From positions 186,001-250,000 of the forward strand of contig CDROCS010000572.1 in assembly GCA_977020255.1 (NCBI GenBank): a stretch of 64,000 bases of DNA, in the 5' to 3' direction. Under the pieces are notes generated by a model that was not told the origin of the DNA, ran no database searches, and worked only from the letters and a program-made list of their open reading frames with translations. The translations under genes and the position numbers were made by a program. Positions 1 to 15,300 of the stretch are shown here, in pieces. This stretch comes from Obrimoposthia wandeli (lineage: Eukaryota). Each line of letters starts with the position of its first letter. Positions within the stretch are counted from its first letter, which is position 1.

Positions 1-60
1 AATTTTATTGCAAATGGTAACTTACAGACAATATTCTAGTAGCATGAAAAAACAACTGAC

Positions 61-384
61 CCTGGATCCCTCTTGGCCTCTGGGGCCGTCTGGGCCGATA
101 ACACCGACTGGTCCGGTGGGACCTCGGTTGCCTTGGTTGCCGGGAATGCCGCTGGGTCCTGAATTACCACGCTCGCCCGCCTCTCCCTGAGAGCCTTCTG
201 CACCCACGGAGCCCTGTGAGCCAGGCTTACCTTCGGCTCCGGTGGGACCAGGTGGCCCTGGGTTGCCGGAGATACCCACTGGACCCTCTGGACCGGGACC
301 TCCGTCTTTACCAGGCAACCCAGTGCTGCCCATGGAACCCGGTAAACCCGAAGGCCCCCGTTCACCCTTGAGACCGATACCGCC
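61..384 (-). CDS. Collagen exon 17 (36 triplets)
   Basis: 324 nt, ACAG/GTCAGT. Confidence 0.93.
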
Positions 385-3300
385 CTGTAGGACCACGATA
401 TGATGCAGTCAAGGGGCTTCCCACTTCTTTGGTAACTGCTTCATTTTCAAATATAACTGGAGTACTTTCATACAAATGTTACAAAATTTTAAAACCACAC
501 ATGAACCAAAAAAATTCAAACATAATAATATTACCATATATATTTTCCTAACTAAGCACAACTATATTGTTAATCAAAATACTGCAAAGTCTTTTATAAA
601 AATACTCATTTGTTTATAAAAATATTTTCCAACTTATCGCAGTTTTCAAATCTTTAATATTGTTATAGTTGGATAAGTCAAAATGTTTAGAGAAAGAAAT
701 ATCATAAAACAGGGGAAAATTCTTTGAATATAATACAACTTCTCATATGACGAATAATTACTCAAAAGCTCCTTCAAATATCAGTCGCTTTGAATTGCTC
801 TATAGCTATCTTGAAGGAATTCTTTTAAGTCGTCATAATTATCGAAATTTCTTTGACGGCGCTTAGATTCTAAGAAATTAAATAGATACTGATTACACAA
901 ATACAAATCTGGACTAAATGGAGGCTGGTTCCAAACATTTATATCATTACGTGGCAAAATAACACTAGTTACTTTATACACCTGAGGCTTAGCATTATCA
1001 TGCATCAGGGTCATTGTTAACAACCCGATTGACACTACAATGAACTGTTTTTTTGATTGGTTCTTTATCCGGAATATCCTTAATTGGTAGTCGATAATTT
1101 TCAGTTATTAAAATTTTATAATCCAATACGGTTTCATCAGTTACAGATGTTCAAGGTCAGCCAAGCCTTTCCGCATCTGTGAAACTTGTATTTTGACCTT
1201 TAAAATACCCATAAATGATTTCTAGTGATGGCGCTTTCCTTTTAGCAAATCATGAATATATGGAAGTTTAAATATATTTTCCTTCAAGGTATTAAAATTG
1301 CATTTTTCCTCCGACAAAACAAAGTACATGAAGTATGAAGATAATTACTCTATGAATTAAAGTCTGAAATCGATATCTTTTCGTGTTTGCGACAAGTTAA
1401 TATTCCCCAGACATTTTCAATTATATTTTAGTCTGAGAAAATACTTTTTCATTTGTTTTTTTTATCAAAATTAGGTAAATTACTATCTTCTAATGTTTTC
1501 TTGTGCATATTGGCACTAACATTTAAATATTAAAGGAAATACTTGTATACTAATGCATGTTGCTGTTGTAGCACTCTCTAGTGAATATTCTGACTTTTAA
1601 AATATTTTGGGTGTTTTCTCAGATCATCCCAATAGTACTGACAATCGAGGTTGAAACGTTTCTCATCATTAACTATTATTCAAGTCCTTCATGTTTTCAT
1701 AATTCTATCAAGGCTTACATAATCAACATCCACCGCACAACCTCTGGCGATGTTTTGGATTGATCTTTGTTTAATGCAAACACTGAATCTTGTCTTGCTC
1801 TGTCATCTAATTTAGGCTTTTTATCAGACTTTTGTATATTTGTGGCCATATTTCAAGGATTTTTAATGAAAATAAAAAGTAAATTGTGACTCCTACCAAT
1901 AGATACAGCAATTTTCCATCACATAAGTTATTTTTCCTTAAACATTTTTGACATTATATTGCTAAAAAGTCTAGGAAAAAGTAGTTGTTTATATAGAAAT
2001 TGAAATAGTTTTAAAATTTAACCTTCATAAAAAAATTGGTTTTAGAAATTATTCATCCTAATATTAATAAAAGTCTCCTAAAACAGTAAGGCCAGAAAAA
2101 TCATACATTATAACTTTCTATGCAAATTATAATGAATTATTTGTTAATTTTTTACTTTGATCTAGGAGAAAAAGAGCCTTCAAGGGTTTCAAAAATCATT
2201 AGTAAGAATTGCAGTGATAAAAACAATAAAATTTATGGATGGATGAATATTTTGAAATTTTGTGACCCCTTAGAAATATATCAACTCACATGTTCCCCGA
2301 CCGGTCCCTCCACACCCTGTGGTCCTGCAACACCGGTACCACCTTGCCGACCCGGTCGTCCTCGTCCTCCTTTCTTGCCCTTGGCGCCCAATGGTCCGCT
2401 GTCACCGGATATGCCCGTCTCCCCGCGAGGGCCCAGAGGCCCAAGGTCGCCCTTGATGCCCTTTACGCCTAGTTTACCCACTGATCCGCGTGGGCCTGTC
2501 TTCCCCGGAGCCCCCACTTCTCCCATAGCTCCCTGGGGACCTGGGACTCCCAACAGACCTACTATTCCCTTAGAGCCCTTCTCGCCGCGGGGTCCTGACG
2601 GTCCCGGGACTCCCTGCATATATATTGACAGTCTGTCAGAGACTCGATAGGCTGTATAATAAATAACAACTTTACACCAACATGCGAAACAGCGTTTTCG
2701 AAAATAGAATTTATTATGAAATCAAGGGAAAATGAAAGAAAAAGAAATGACATTTGAATCAATAAAATCATGCGATTAAGTATGGCAATAATTTAGCTAA
2801 GAAGAGAGTTTATGAATTAAATTCGATATGCTTACCATCGGTTTCCAATATAGGTTCCAGGTAATCAATAAGAGAAATAAGAACTGGCTGGATGTGGTTA
2901 ATGGTAATTTTCTCTGCTACATTCTCTGCTAGCTCTTAAATTCCCAAACATGATAGGTGATCTGGAAGCATAAACCAATCATAAATCAATCTGTACACTC
3001 ACAGAGGTTTATAAACAGGTTGACAATGTATCGAGTCTCTTACTTTTACAGATAAAAAAACCATGTATATATATATAGAAATATATTCAAATCATGTTAT
3101 CATGAATCATTATAAATTTATTGAAACAAAGAAACATATTAGTAAATACAGGTGTGACACAAAACGTTTATGGTAAATTGCAATTTTGGGCATTTTCGTC
3201 GATGTGATTCATATAGATGCAGTATGCTTAAATACTGTCTCCTTAAAATGGTATGGGGACATCAAGCATATGTGATATTAACTCCCGTACTTGTACCACG

Positions 3301-6300
3301 ATATTCTGTGACTGTCTACTTAAAATTTTTAATACTCAGATTGCAATTAAGTATGAGAAATATATTTTGCAGCATATAAGCGTACATTATATAAGCGTAA
3401 GTACCTTTGTGGTAAATCATATTACAGATATTTATATATTAGAGACATGGGAAAGTTAGCCCAGTTATCAGAACCCACAAAGACCAAAATAATCACTTTG
3501 TTAGAGCATACAATCAAGAAGTAAAATTTATTCAGCATGTTTTCACACAGCCTACACCGTTTATAACAGACATTGTTCTACTTTCATCAGAAATCCCTAT
3601 AGTCAAACAAGTCAACTTAAGGTCCTGCGAATATTTAAAAAAATCATAGATTTTTTAAAAAAAATTGTTTTCTGGTAAAAATATCAAAACCCAATTTGGC
3701 TATTTTTTATTCTGTAATAAACCCTAAATTATTCTGTTGCTTAGAAGTACATCTTAGATTTTTATGATCAGGATGTGCTTTGAGATAAATGCAAATTGTG
3801 TAACAAATAAGAGGTGAAAAACACAAAATATTTCAAATTAGTGCTTTCCAATGAACTGGGAAAAAGCCTTTTATCCTCTCTTTTAACTTTCCATAAACTT
3901 AAGCCTAATCTCAACTTTTCTTTGCTTTATCAGTTTGTATAAATGCATTGAAAAGCTAAAAACACATTTTATTTTATCATTTTTCATCAACGAAATTTTT
4001 GTTCAGCTCCACGCCGAATTTGAGACAAAAAACCCAATAAACGATCTACAGCTTTCAACTCGATTTGCAGACGTTCTGAAAATTTGAGAAATCTGAAATT
4101 TTGGTAACTGTTAGCAAACATTGTGGAAAATATCCATAAACAGAACTAATGATAAAATATTGATATTTGAAATTGTGGAAAGCTTTGAGCTTTTATTATT
4201 TAAAATAAATCATTTTGTTCAATACACATCTCTGAGATTCTTGTATCGACAAATTGTGAGAAATGACCATATAGTCAATTAACACACCTTTTAATACCTT
4301 GGTTTGTGGAAGTTGTATAAGAGTGAAAGTTCTAAGAGTTTAGAAATTTTTTTAAGACATCTGAGATTATATTTATATGATGTTCTAGTTCCGAAAGTCA
4401 AAGGGTTTAATTGAGTTTCTTACATATGTTTACACAATTTTTAAAATTCAAGTCCCATTTTGAAGATGATGTATACTTTTTATTTTCTCAATATTTAGTT
4501 AAATTGTGAGTAATGCCTTAAGACTATTTGTGACAAAGCCATATGTTCATAGTTACTTCCAGTTTATCAACTTTATTGATGTATTTTGTAATTTTTTGTA
4601 ATTTTTATAAAGAACTTACACACTTATTTTAAACACAGGTGGCTCTGAAGTAGAACCAAAAGAAACCATGACGTTCAAACTTGTTACCAACATCATTCTT
4701 ATGACTATGTTTCATTTCATTTACTACACAGATGTGTCTAAATATGAGAGCATTTTTTTTAAAATTGAGACGTTTAGCTACTTACTATTAATAGGAGTGA
4801 AATAATTGATATTTCTATTTTAATATTAGGTCAGTTATAAAGTGATTTTACCATTATTTTCATTTTATTTCTCATATGGTAAAATTTCCCAGATATTAAT
4901 CAAAGGTGATTTTATCGACTTTTCAATGATGCGTTACTAATTTTGAGTAGTGTAATAATAACAAATATATCTATTGATGGCTTCATCACTAAAGATTATT
5001 ATTACTATTAACTTGTTGTCTTCTGTATATTTGATCATTATAATAACTTTAACAATAATCAAATCAAACCTCATAATCGGTTTACTTTAACCCTGTACCA
5101 TGGTGTAGTTGAATTCTTCATTTCACCTTCTTTGGATTTCTACAGATATACTGAGCTGTCATATTTGTTGTTTTCTTCTGATCCAAAATTCGATTAAATT
5201 CTTGTCCATGCCCTGGCTATCTTGGTAAAATTCTTAATCTCCAAAAACACTTTTTCCAGTATCTTAGCATTCTTACAGGGGGTACCTCTCTATCGAATCA
5301 ATTTTCAAATGAAATCAAGCTATTTCACAATTGATTGCAGTAGAATATCTAACATCACTTAAGATTTGTGTTTATTACGGGATATGCAATCAGTCAGCTA
5401 AAATCCAAAGTAAATCAATAATCACCTGATTCAACACACTGATATGTTTCTTAGTTTTTTATAAATTTAAATTGAATAATGTTAAATTTAAACAATTACT
5501 AAGGGAGTTGAGTCAACCGGTAATATCTGAAATTAATTAAAATGTATATAGCAATTTTAGTGTACTTTAAATTTAATTTTTAAATATATATATGTATATT
5601 TTTCCTGCTTATATTGTATTATAGACATTATAGACATTGCTCATAAATACTTTCAAGTGATGATGATAACCACACTCACCTGCACTCCATCAGGGCCCAC
5701 TGGACCGGTTGGGCCCTGCTTTCCATGCTCGCCCTTCTCGCCTGATACTCCCTCATCTCCTGAACTGCCGGGTTCTCCCACAACACCCTGAGGACCGCGC
5801 AAACCCATTGCACCAGTCTTTCCAGGGTTTCCTTTGCTGCCCTGTAAGTAGATATACCTCAGAAACGTTTGGTTGGGGTATAGACAGACTTTCCCTGTTG
5901 CATGAATGCTACAACATTACATCTTTACAATAAATGTTGAGTATTCTTACACTGTCTCCTCGATTGCCTTTGACACCGGTACGTCCTGGGGCCCCACGAT
6001 CACCCTTCTCGCCGTCAGGACCACCCGAACCGTCAGAGCCTTTCCGGCCAATGACACCGCGTGCACCCTTATCGCCCTTGAGACCAATGGGACCGGGCTG
6101 ACCTAGAACACCCTTGTTGCCCTTCTCACCAGAAGCTCCGGACAACCCTATGGAGCCACTAGAGCCTGAGGAGCCGGGAGGACCCTGTGATCCGGGATCT
6201 CCTCGCTCCCCCTTGTCTCCGGTACCGCCAAATGGGCCATTGGGACCTCGTTCACCCTTGCTTCCCAGCTCACCACCAGGTCCCGGACTACCCCGGGAGC

Positions 6301-9300
6301 CCCGACTACCCTGCTTACCCGAACTACCCGGTTGTCCACGAATTCCGGCGTCTCCTTTGGAGCCCTGTGCGTCATCGACAACATAATTTCTCATTGGCAC
6401 TAGTAGTTGGGAAACGATAAATGTAGTCACTACTTGTATATTTGTATTTTATTTAAGATAATCAATTGAAAATAAATTATTTATTTAACTTTCAATATAT
6501 AATTTATTAAAAAATTAAATTAATTCAATTTTCCCCCATAGTTCCATTTTGAGCATTATTTTACCCACTTAGGGAATTCGTTTAATTGTTTATATCTTAC
6601 TTGAATTCAATTGCTTATAATCTATTTCAAATATAATCTGTTTTCAATATCAGTCATAACTATATTACTTAATTTTTTAGTTCGATGTAAACAACCATAT
6701 TTTTGTATGATATTGTAGCATAATAAATGTATGTTCTTAATGAATAAAAAACCAAGATATATATATACATTAAAACAATGATTAATCTAAATAAGACTTC
6801 AGATTCTATACATTTATTCCGTTCAAAATCTGATTTTAAAATGAAGTTGATTTCAAGGCTCCAATAACTTTATAATTTCTATATTATCAAATTTCTTCTC
6901 ATCCAGAAATGAAGATAAAAGCTTGAAAAGATGAAAATCATACTTCAAGTTGCTTAATTTTTCCTGCTTTCGAATAAAAAAATGTGGCCTAGCATTATCG
7001 TGGAGAAAAATGAGTTATTTTTGATTAGTTAAACTTATAACTTTTGGTCACATGTTTCAATTTTGTTGCATTATGATTCTGTATTATTTGTTTCACCTGA
7101 ATTAAAAGCTGTAGTGTATAATACCCACCATATATCACTAAGCAGTTTTTTAATTTTTTTGGCTACTTCAATGTATTCAACAAAACTGTAAATTGAAATA
7201 GTTCAATTCCCAACATATATAAGCATACAGACACACACGAAATTTCACTCCATACACAATGTATGATTTTAAAGGACCGAAATACCCCCCTCTATTAGAC
7301 CGGACACATCCACCTATTCATATTATTTAATTAAATGACTTGCAGTAAATACAAATGTAGTTAGGGTTGGCCATGACTGTGAGAACGTTGTCTATAAAGA
7401 AGGTCCCCACTCACCGACAAGCCTTCTTTGCCTTCAACGCCGGGCTTTCCAGGGTAGCCGATAGGGCCTCTGGATCCAGATGATCCGCGTTCTCCCATGG
7501 TCCCTTGCTCTCCCGGCTGACCAACTGTACCCGGCATTCCTGTTGGCCCAGACAGACCAGTGGAGCCCGGTTCTCCGGGTTCCCCACGTTCTCCAGGGTA
7601 TCCAGGAGGACCGGCCCGCCCAGGATTACCCTGTTCGGAAAAAAGAAATGTGTACATGGATGCTAAGATAATGGTCATGCATTTTCCCGGTCAAGTTATA
7701 TTAAATTAGTTGAATATAATTTATTGGAGTCAGTTGTTTACATGCCCTCAGTTTGAGGTTTGGGCTAGGTTTACTAGGTTTAAGTATCAAGATTTGTAAT
7801 TTGTATCAAGAGAAATAGCCTTTATAATATTTTTTTTCATTAATTTGGTAATGATGATTTAGGCTAAAAACGTACAAATGATATAATAAAATCACTTACA
7901 AAAATAAAAACAGAAATTAATAATAATCTTACCCGAAAAAAAACAATATAAATATTGAAAAAAATCGATAATGTCAACAAAGAAAATATTTACACAATAT
8001 TTATTTGAAAAAAGGGAAAATATTTCTAGCAGCTCAACAATGAACCACAAAACTACACAAACTGAATAGACGCAAATCCGGGTATTGGTGTATATCTTTA
8101 TTTGAGAAAAAATGTAGTTACTTTTCATTTACAAATATATATGAAATAATATTATAAATCTATTGGCGACCACACAACGGTGAATATCATAACGACATTA
8201 CAGGAAAAACGTAGATGAAACTAGTTCACTTTATACGGTACCGGTATTTATTTACAAAGGTAATATTCATAGTCATGGCTCTCCTTTGGTCTGATTGCGT
8301 AGAATATTCTAAACTGGGGACAGCTTCTTAATGTTGTAGGCGGGGAAAAGAGTAAATATAAATCCATTATTATTCGAACAAAGCGTAAACTAAATTACAT
8401 TTTTAAAAGAAATAAAAGATAATGAAGAATTTTTCAAATTTTGCATCACTAGACCATAATGACGAATCTGAACGAATCTTTAGTGTTTTGAAAGCCCAGT
8501 GAATTGACAAAAGAAACAGAATCAGCAATTATTAATGGTCCAAGTCAATTTAAATCTATTTGATTGCTTGAAATTTTAATCAAATTGTTTCCTGGACAAG
8601 TGGCAGCTCTCAGAGATTAATGGTAACGCGAAGTTTTTAGAATAGTATTGTTTTATAAATTCGAAATTAATATTTATTATATGTTTACTGTATAATTTTC
8701 TATAATTTCATTATTTTTTAATATTCTATGTACTCTTTTTGCCTTCTATTTCAGATCATTTGTTACGAACGTTTTTTGAAATAGAAATGATAACCACATA
8801 TTTTTGGAAAGTATTCTAATAAGGACCATGGTCTTCTTAAACAATTAAAAACTTTGTTCATTCCAAGAGCTCAGATTCAAGCCAGAAGAATATTATGTTT
8901 TTTGTGACAATATTTTTTGTGACAACATATTTGTGACAATAGAAAACATTTGTTATTATTACAATCTCTATTTTGCAGAAGGCTGCCTTACTGCCTCTTA
9001 ACCCACCGTTGGTCCTGCGACACCCACGAATCCGGGAGTGCCTCGAGGGCCAATTGCACCGACGGGACCAGGCAAGCCAATGGGACCAGAAGTACCCTGG
9101 TCGCCTTTCGATCCAATTGGTCCACTGGGTCCGGGGCTGCCTCGAGGACCTGGAGCACCCTGAGGACCAAGGGGGCCAAGTTTGCCCGGTGGACCGGCTA
9201 TTCCTGGGTCACCCTTCTCACCATCGCGACCTTGATTACCCACAGAGCCTCGGTTTCCTTTCATGCCTGGTGTGCCGGGGTAGCCTAGCGGGCCCAATGG

Positions 9301-12300
9301 ACCTTGGTCACCCTGCATGAATGAATATGTTTGGTTTTGCCCGAATTAAAGAATAACAATTAAAATCAAAATTTATATTGAATCAGCACATTAATATCAC
9401 TAAAAAAACAATTCTGCAACATTTCTTTAATTCAGAGGCACAGAACTATAATGACAACGATAAGTACGTGATAGGTGACGATCACTATTTGTATATATAT
9501 TATCAAATATTCCTGTGACATCTAATATTCTCTTAGGATTTCTAAATTTCAAAGAATGTTATTTAATAATCTACTCCACAACTGACAATTTAACTGAAAT
9601 TACTAATTAGAGATATACAGAAATGTTTATTTATTTCATATTCCGAGAATCACACAAATTCGAAAACAATTCTGAAAAGAAAATAAACCTTAATTACGTA
9701 AAAACAAGCTTACCTGTAATTGATTCCTGAACTAAAAGAAAAATAAACTTCACACAAAAAAAATTTAATAATTGTTTTGAAATTTTGTATAAAAAACTGA
9801 AATACTAGACAAAAAACTGTAGAATGAATATTATTCAAGTTACTAAAATGACAATAGGAGTTGTTAAAATTCATAATTATTTTAAAAAATTATGAAATAA
9901 TTCATTTTAAAATTCTATACATATCTACTGAAAAATAAAATATTTTAAAAAAATTTAATAATAAACAAATAATGATAGATAAAGATAAAATTTATTTGAC
10001 ATTATCATTTAAATATTAGAAAAAATGAAAAACAAATTTAATTGAAGTCAGGAATTACTTCCAAGCTTTCTTCTTCAAAATTTTCAATCGGTATATAATT
10101 AAACATATTTAATACAATTTTCTTCTTGGAGTTTGGACAATATTAAACATTTCAAGTGTACAATGAAAAGAGTATAAATAAATTACTTTTTTGAGGATTC
10201 AATCATATGATAATTGATTATCGTAATTTCCTTTAAATTTTAATAAAAATAAATAGATTCATAATCTCTCAAAGCACCAAAATGAAATTTATTTAGCACA
10301 GTCAGCCAAGTACACTGACCTTGGATCCCTCCTTGCCTCTGGGCCCCGGCTCGCCCAACATGCCGATGTTGCCTTTGATGCCGGGGCTGCCCTCGGGTCC
10401 TCGTGGTCCCGCCAGGCCAAACTCCCCCTTGATACCCTTCTCGCCAGTCTGGCCACGAGGTCCCATACTACCCGCTAAGCCCAAATCACCCTTGAGGCCC
10501 GAAGTTCCGCGCAGACCGCGACTGCCCTTGAAACCGGGGGGACCAGGGTTACCCGAGCCTCCTGGCTGGCCGAGACTGCCCTGGTCACCCTTAGAGCCCA
10601 TGTCACCCTGCACAAAATGTATTTGTAGCTAAATTATTTCATTTATATAGTTATTATTTATGATTGGCAGTAGATATTTTATCATTACATGTCATGAAAT
10701 TTTGCACATAGACAATGGTAAAATATTAAACTCCTAAAAGCTGTTCCGTGTTACACATAACTTAAGCAAACGAAACGCTAGAAATGTCTGTTTTAGATAT
10801 AGTAATAATTTTCAGTTGATTTAAAATTTTAATAAGATCTCTATCCAATAGTTTAATTAAATGTGTAAAATATAATATTTAATCCAAAAAACACATAAGT
10901 TTCCTCGATTTAAAAAGGTAATTTTGGAAATATTAATATTTAAAACATTCATAGACAAAGATAATCAAAAAATATTCAATGTTACAAAACGAAAGAGCAA
11001 ATCTATTTGGAAATACGAATGAACAAGTTCGTCCTGATGAATGAAATGTTATTTTCAGTGTCCCACCCAATCGTGCTGGAAAGACAAACTCCAGCTGAAA
11101 TTGTAAAATGGTATACATGGTATACCCATAATGAAACAACATTAATGAAGTCCATACTTATTTCTGTCCACAGTGCCAAACACAGACTGTTTCAAAATAA
11201 ACCAGTGAAAGATTTCAAGGTTGATATGTGAGTCTAGCTCTTGGCACAAACTGTTATAATTGTTTAAGATTATTAAAATTGTTATTATTTTTTTATAATT
11301 CTATATTTGCATCTTGAATATTACCCAAAAATCATTATAATTATATGTTTCGAGAAATTCAATTGTAATACATCATTGGATTTTAAAATAAATTATGGAT
11401 AAGCATATGATGGGCATATGGGTGAAATTATAGAAGCAGATTTATGCATAACATTGAAATTAACTAGAGTGCAGACTTCTATATTTTGAGTTTTATTTTG
11501 AGTTTTTAAGATTTCTGAAATTAAATGTGTAAGTAGATTTCAAATAAACTATTTTTGTTCGAATTTTAAAATATGTGAAACAAAATATTCTGTTTCGTAT
11601 TTGTTTTCATACATTTTTTCATAACTTTTTGGTAGCTAAGGAAATGTAAAGTTAAGGAAACATTTTTAGTTGAAGATCCTTAATATTAATGAAGGTTCTT
11701 TAATACGACTCAAAGTCATTTATAAGATACACGTATGTTTCATCTGAACAGAAGAATTTTGGAAGTGTGTGCTGATGTGTCAAAACCCATTATTAAACTC
11801 TATTTTTGACACTGATGTTGATCCCAATTTACCCGGTATTTATTCCATAGATTTTGTTGCTTGGATTTGTAGTTCTTCCTTCTAGTTGTTACGACCACAT
11901 TATGACTTTTCATGCAGTAAGAAGGTTCAAACAAATATTTTGACCAGAAGATACTCGGATACATGTAATTACAATTTTCCACCGTAGGTACGAATTGCTG
12001 CCGCACCATTATTACCATTAGCATAATAGCATCACGACGAATTTCGTTTTGTAGTCAAATCCGTCGTTCAAAAATTGAAATGCGCTCACAGTAAACATAT
12101 TTCAATAGTTAAATAATTGGTGTTAATGAAGAATCGTTAGATACAACTAAAATTAACCATTAAAGACTGTATGAATGTAGGGACAAGCTGTAGAAACCTG
12201 GATACATTTATTAACATACCATTTGTATTTTATTAAATATGCCTAACTATACTTCTAAAAATAAAATGATTAAAAAGAATTGAAAAACATTAAAAAGTAA

Positions 12301-15300
12301 GAACGGTTTAAATGGCAGTTTTAAATCGCAGGAACGGTAACCAGGGGTTAAGCTTTTCAAAATATTGGCTGCAACAAGCTAAAAATCCTACATTTAATCA
12401 TATAACAATATGTATATGCCATATAGGGTTGTTTCATGAATGTGCAACTTTATGTGTTTTGAGAAGTCAAATTGTCAATATAATAGAATCTTATTTTTGA
12501 TAATTTTTTTAATTTTAAGAAATATTCGGTAAGTTGGCTTCTAAGTGAAGATCTAAACCATCAGGCACAAAAGTGACATATATTATTATATAAATTGTGT
12601 TCTTTGATTTTTATGTGCCTTTTGGTTCAATTATAATGAAAACGGCTCCTCTAAGTAATTAAAAGTATTCTTTCGGCTCAACTTTAAAGAGTTCGGGCTC
12701 AAAAGTGAAATATCCTGACGACATTACATATATTATCTAAAACGCTTTATGAATAGAAAGATAGACCAAAAGCTTTTCAAATATAGAATATAATGATATT
12801 ATATACTGTTGCAAATTCTTCACATTTAAAATGTTAGTATCACAACTATTGAAATTGTAAATGCAAAGCTCTTGGCAGGAAATACTAAAATGTCCCAAAA
12901 AATGTCAGTCACTTTACAGAATCATGCTCAATCGACCTACAATTATGATAGATATATGAAATGAATAAATGGAATTAAAGCAGAAATTTGATATTCAAAG
13001 TTCATAATTATATTGTTTGGAAGCTACGTTAAGGTCAATCAAAAATGTACAATATTATGTCGCGCAAACGAGAATTTGATGAGACGCACAAAATCCAGAC
13101 GACTTTTTCGATGTATGGGAACTAGCGCTGCCGTACTGTCATAAGATTTCAAATCAAAAAAAGCTTATTTACTGAAAGTTTTGGAACACGTCAATAGTTG
13201 GGCATTTATGAAACAAACTTATATGTCCAGGGCATCAAAACAAGACTGCGACTCAAAGATATTATAAAGAATAAGGGCCTGAATCAACTTGGCACCAAAG
13301 CCTTAATTATAGAATGTTACATATTTCTGATTTATTATTTATCGCTTTTATTTACAATTTATCTAACTAAAATACTATCAAAAAGTTTCAAAAAAAAGTT
13401 ATGTGAATACAGTAGAGAACCGCTAAAAGGAATCCCTTGGGCAACAGACAATCCAACATTAATAACGGATGAACCTATGTCGTGACGTGCGTTTTTAGTG
13501 GCGCTCTACTGCAATTTATTATTTTTTAAATTTATAATAAAAATTTTGACTTAAAAATAAAATAAAATACGTGTGGCTGATAATATATCGATTTGACCAT
13601 TTAAATTTAGCATTTCAAACATCACATCAGCAACATGTATACACAACGATTTGTATCCGCTGCTTAAAACTGAGATAAATCGACTAATCTTGATGTTTTT
13701 AACTACCGACACGGTCATAGTGATCATTTGTTTTGAAATTAATTTTACAAAATACATTCTTAAACCTGACTAATTAATTTAAATTCATTTTTCATTGAAT
13801 AAACTTAAAAATACAACAAATATAATCTATTATGCATAATTTATAATTTCGAATTATTTTAGTCATATATAAGAGATCAATAATTAAATAGGAATTTAGA
13901 ATTTATAAATTGAATAAATTTATATGTTCATATGATTTATAATATGTTATTTTAATATACGTATATTTGTAAACAAGCATTTTCTTGTATGATAAACATT
14001 AAAAGCCAACTGCTTGATGGCAACTTGAACAATGTTCTCGTGTCTAATGGACTTACAAATCACAGCGTTTACATTGAGTTTCATGTTAAGAACGTTTGAT
14101 TTACGTTCTGTAGTGTATACGTTCTCTTTGTTGGTAGGCCACCCCAAGTATAGAGATAGGTTACACAGATTGCAGGAAAATGAAGTGGCCGATCCTTGAT
14201 GTAGTCATTGTCGGCTCAGTGTTGAGAGCGACCGCTTGCAAATAGAAGAACCCAAACTCACATGGGAACCAGGGTTTCCCGGAAGACCAGCGCTGCCTTG
14301 GAGTCCAGGCGATCCCTGGAGGCCACGAGGCCCTGATGGTCCCGGTAGACCTCTATTGCCATTGGGCCCTATGCCTCCAATGGGTCCCAACGGTCCAGGT
14401 GATCCGAATGGTCCAATGTCTCCTGGCTCGCCGACCTCACCCTTGGATCCTGAATTTCCAGGAGTTCCTGGGAGACCGCGGATGCCCTGGGTACCTGCAG
14501 GGCCTGGCGGACCCTGGATGAGACAATGACAGAGAGGCGAGTTAATGACGATACCACTGGTAAGAGAACCTACTATAATCACAGATTACTTTCAAATGTA
14601 TACAATATAAATAGTTAGATATTCAGACTTTTGATTTGATTCTTATTGGAGCGTCTACTCTTAATGAAGTTTATTTTAAAATATTTACGGTATATATTTA
14701 TAGATAAGATACCCCTTACTTTCTGATATTGGAAAATAAAAAAAACTGAAATATACATACTGAAACTGTAGATAATTTATTAGGGAGAGGGGAGGCAAGC
14801 TGTAAATCAGTTTAGGTATTATACAAATCTATTTTAAAGCCAATGTATTATAATCATATATTTGCTAAGGTATAAAAATGAAAACATAGATAGATTTAAC
14901 TTGAAAAAAAGCATGTCAGTATCGTCTTACCTACGAGTAAATACTGTAGTATAATTTTTCCTGTATGTTGCTAAAATCAAGTAAATTAAGTAACAAATGA
15001 CCTAAAGTTTAAACTTAATAAAAATATTTGACAATACATTAATAACGTATAATATAACGTCGTATATGAATAATATGTTTTCTTATATGAAAAATCAAGC
15101 TATGTGAAGGAATTATAAATATTGAAAGAAAATTCAAATTAGTGACCTAAGAAATGAAAAATTAGCAAAATATCAATGAAAGCTTCGACTAAAAGTTGAT
15201 GAAAACATTCGTGAATAATAATATTTAATTAGAATATTTTTAACTAAGTTATTTGAAATATTTGAAACAGATTTTCTTTTAAAGTAAACTATTGTTTTTT

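Noticed and set aside
8975-9006. GLRGSK-like triplets just beyond the exon 12 donor, followed by GTAAGG
   Set aside because: Out of frame by 2 nt, with an in-frame TAA. The helix is collinear with alpha1(V) as recalled without these residues, so the GTGGGT donor is sufficient.
11800-12100. Possible Mutator-like fragment
   Set aside because: Only a weak YPSIFW resemblance; cannot be supported without a profile search.
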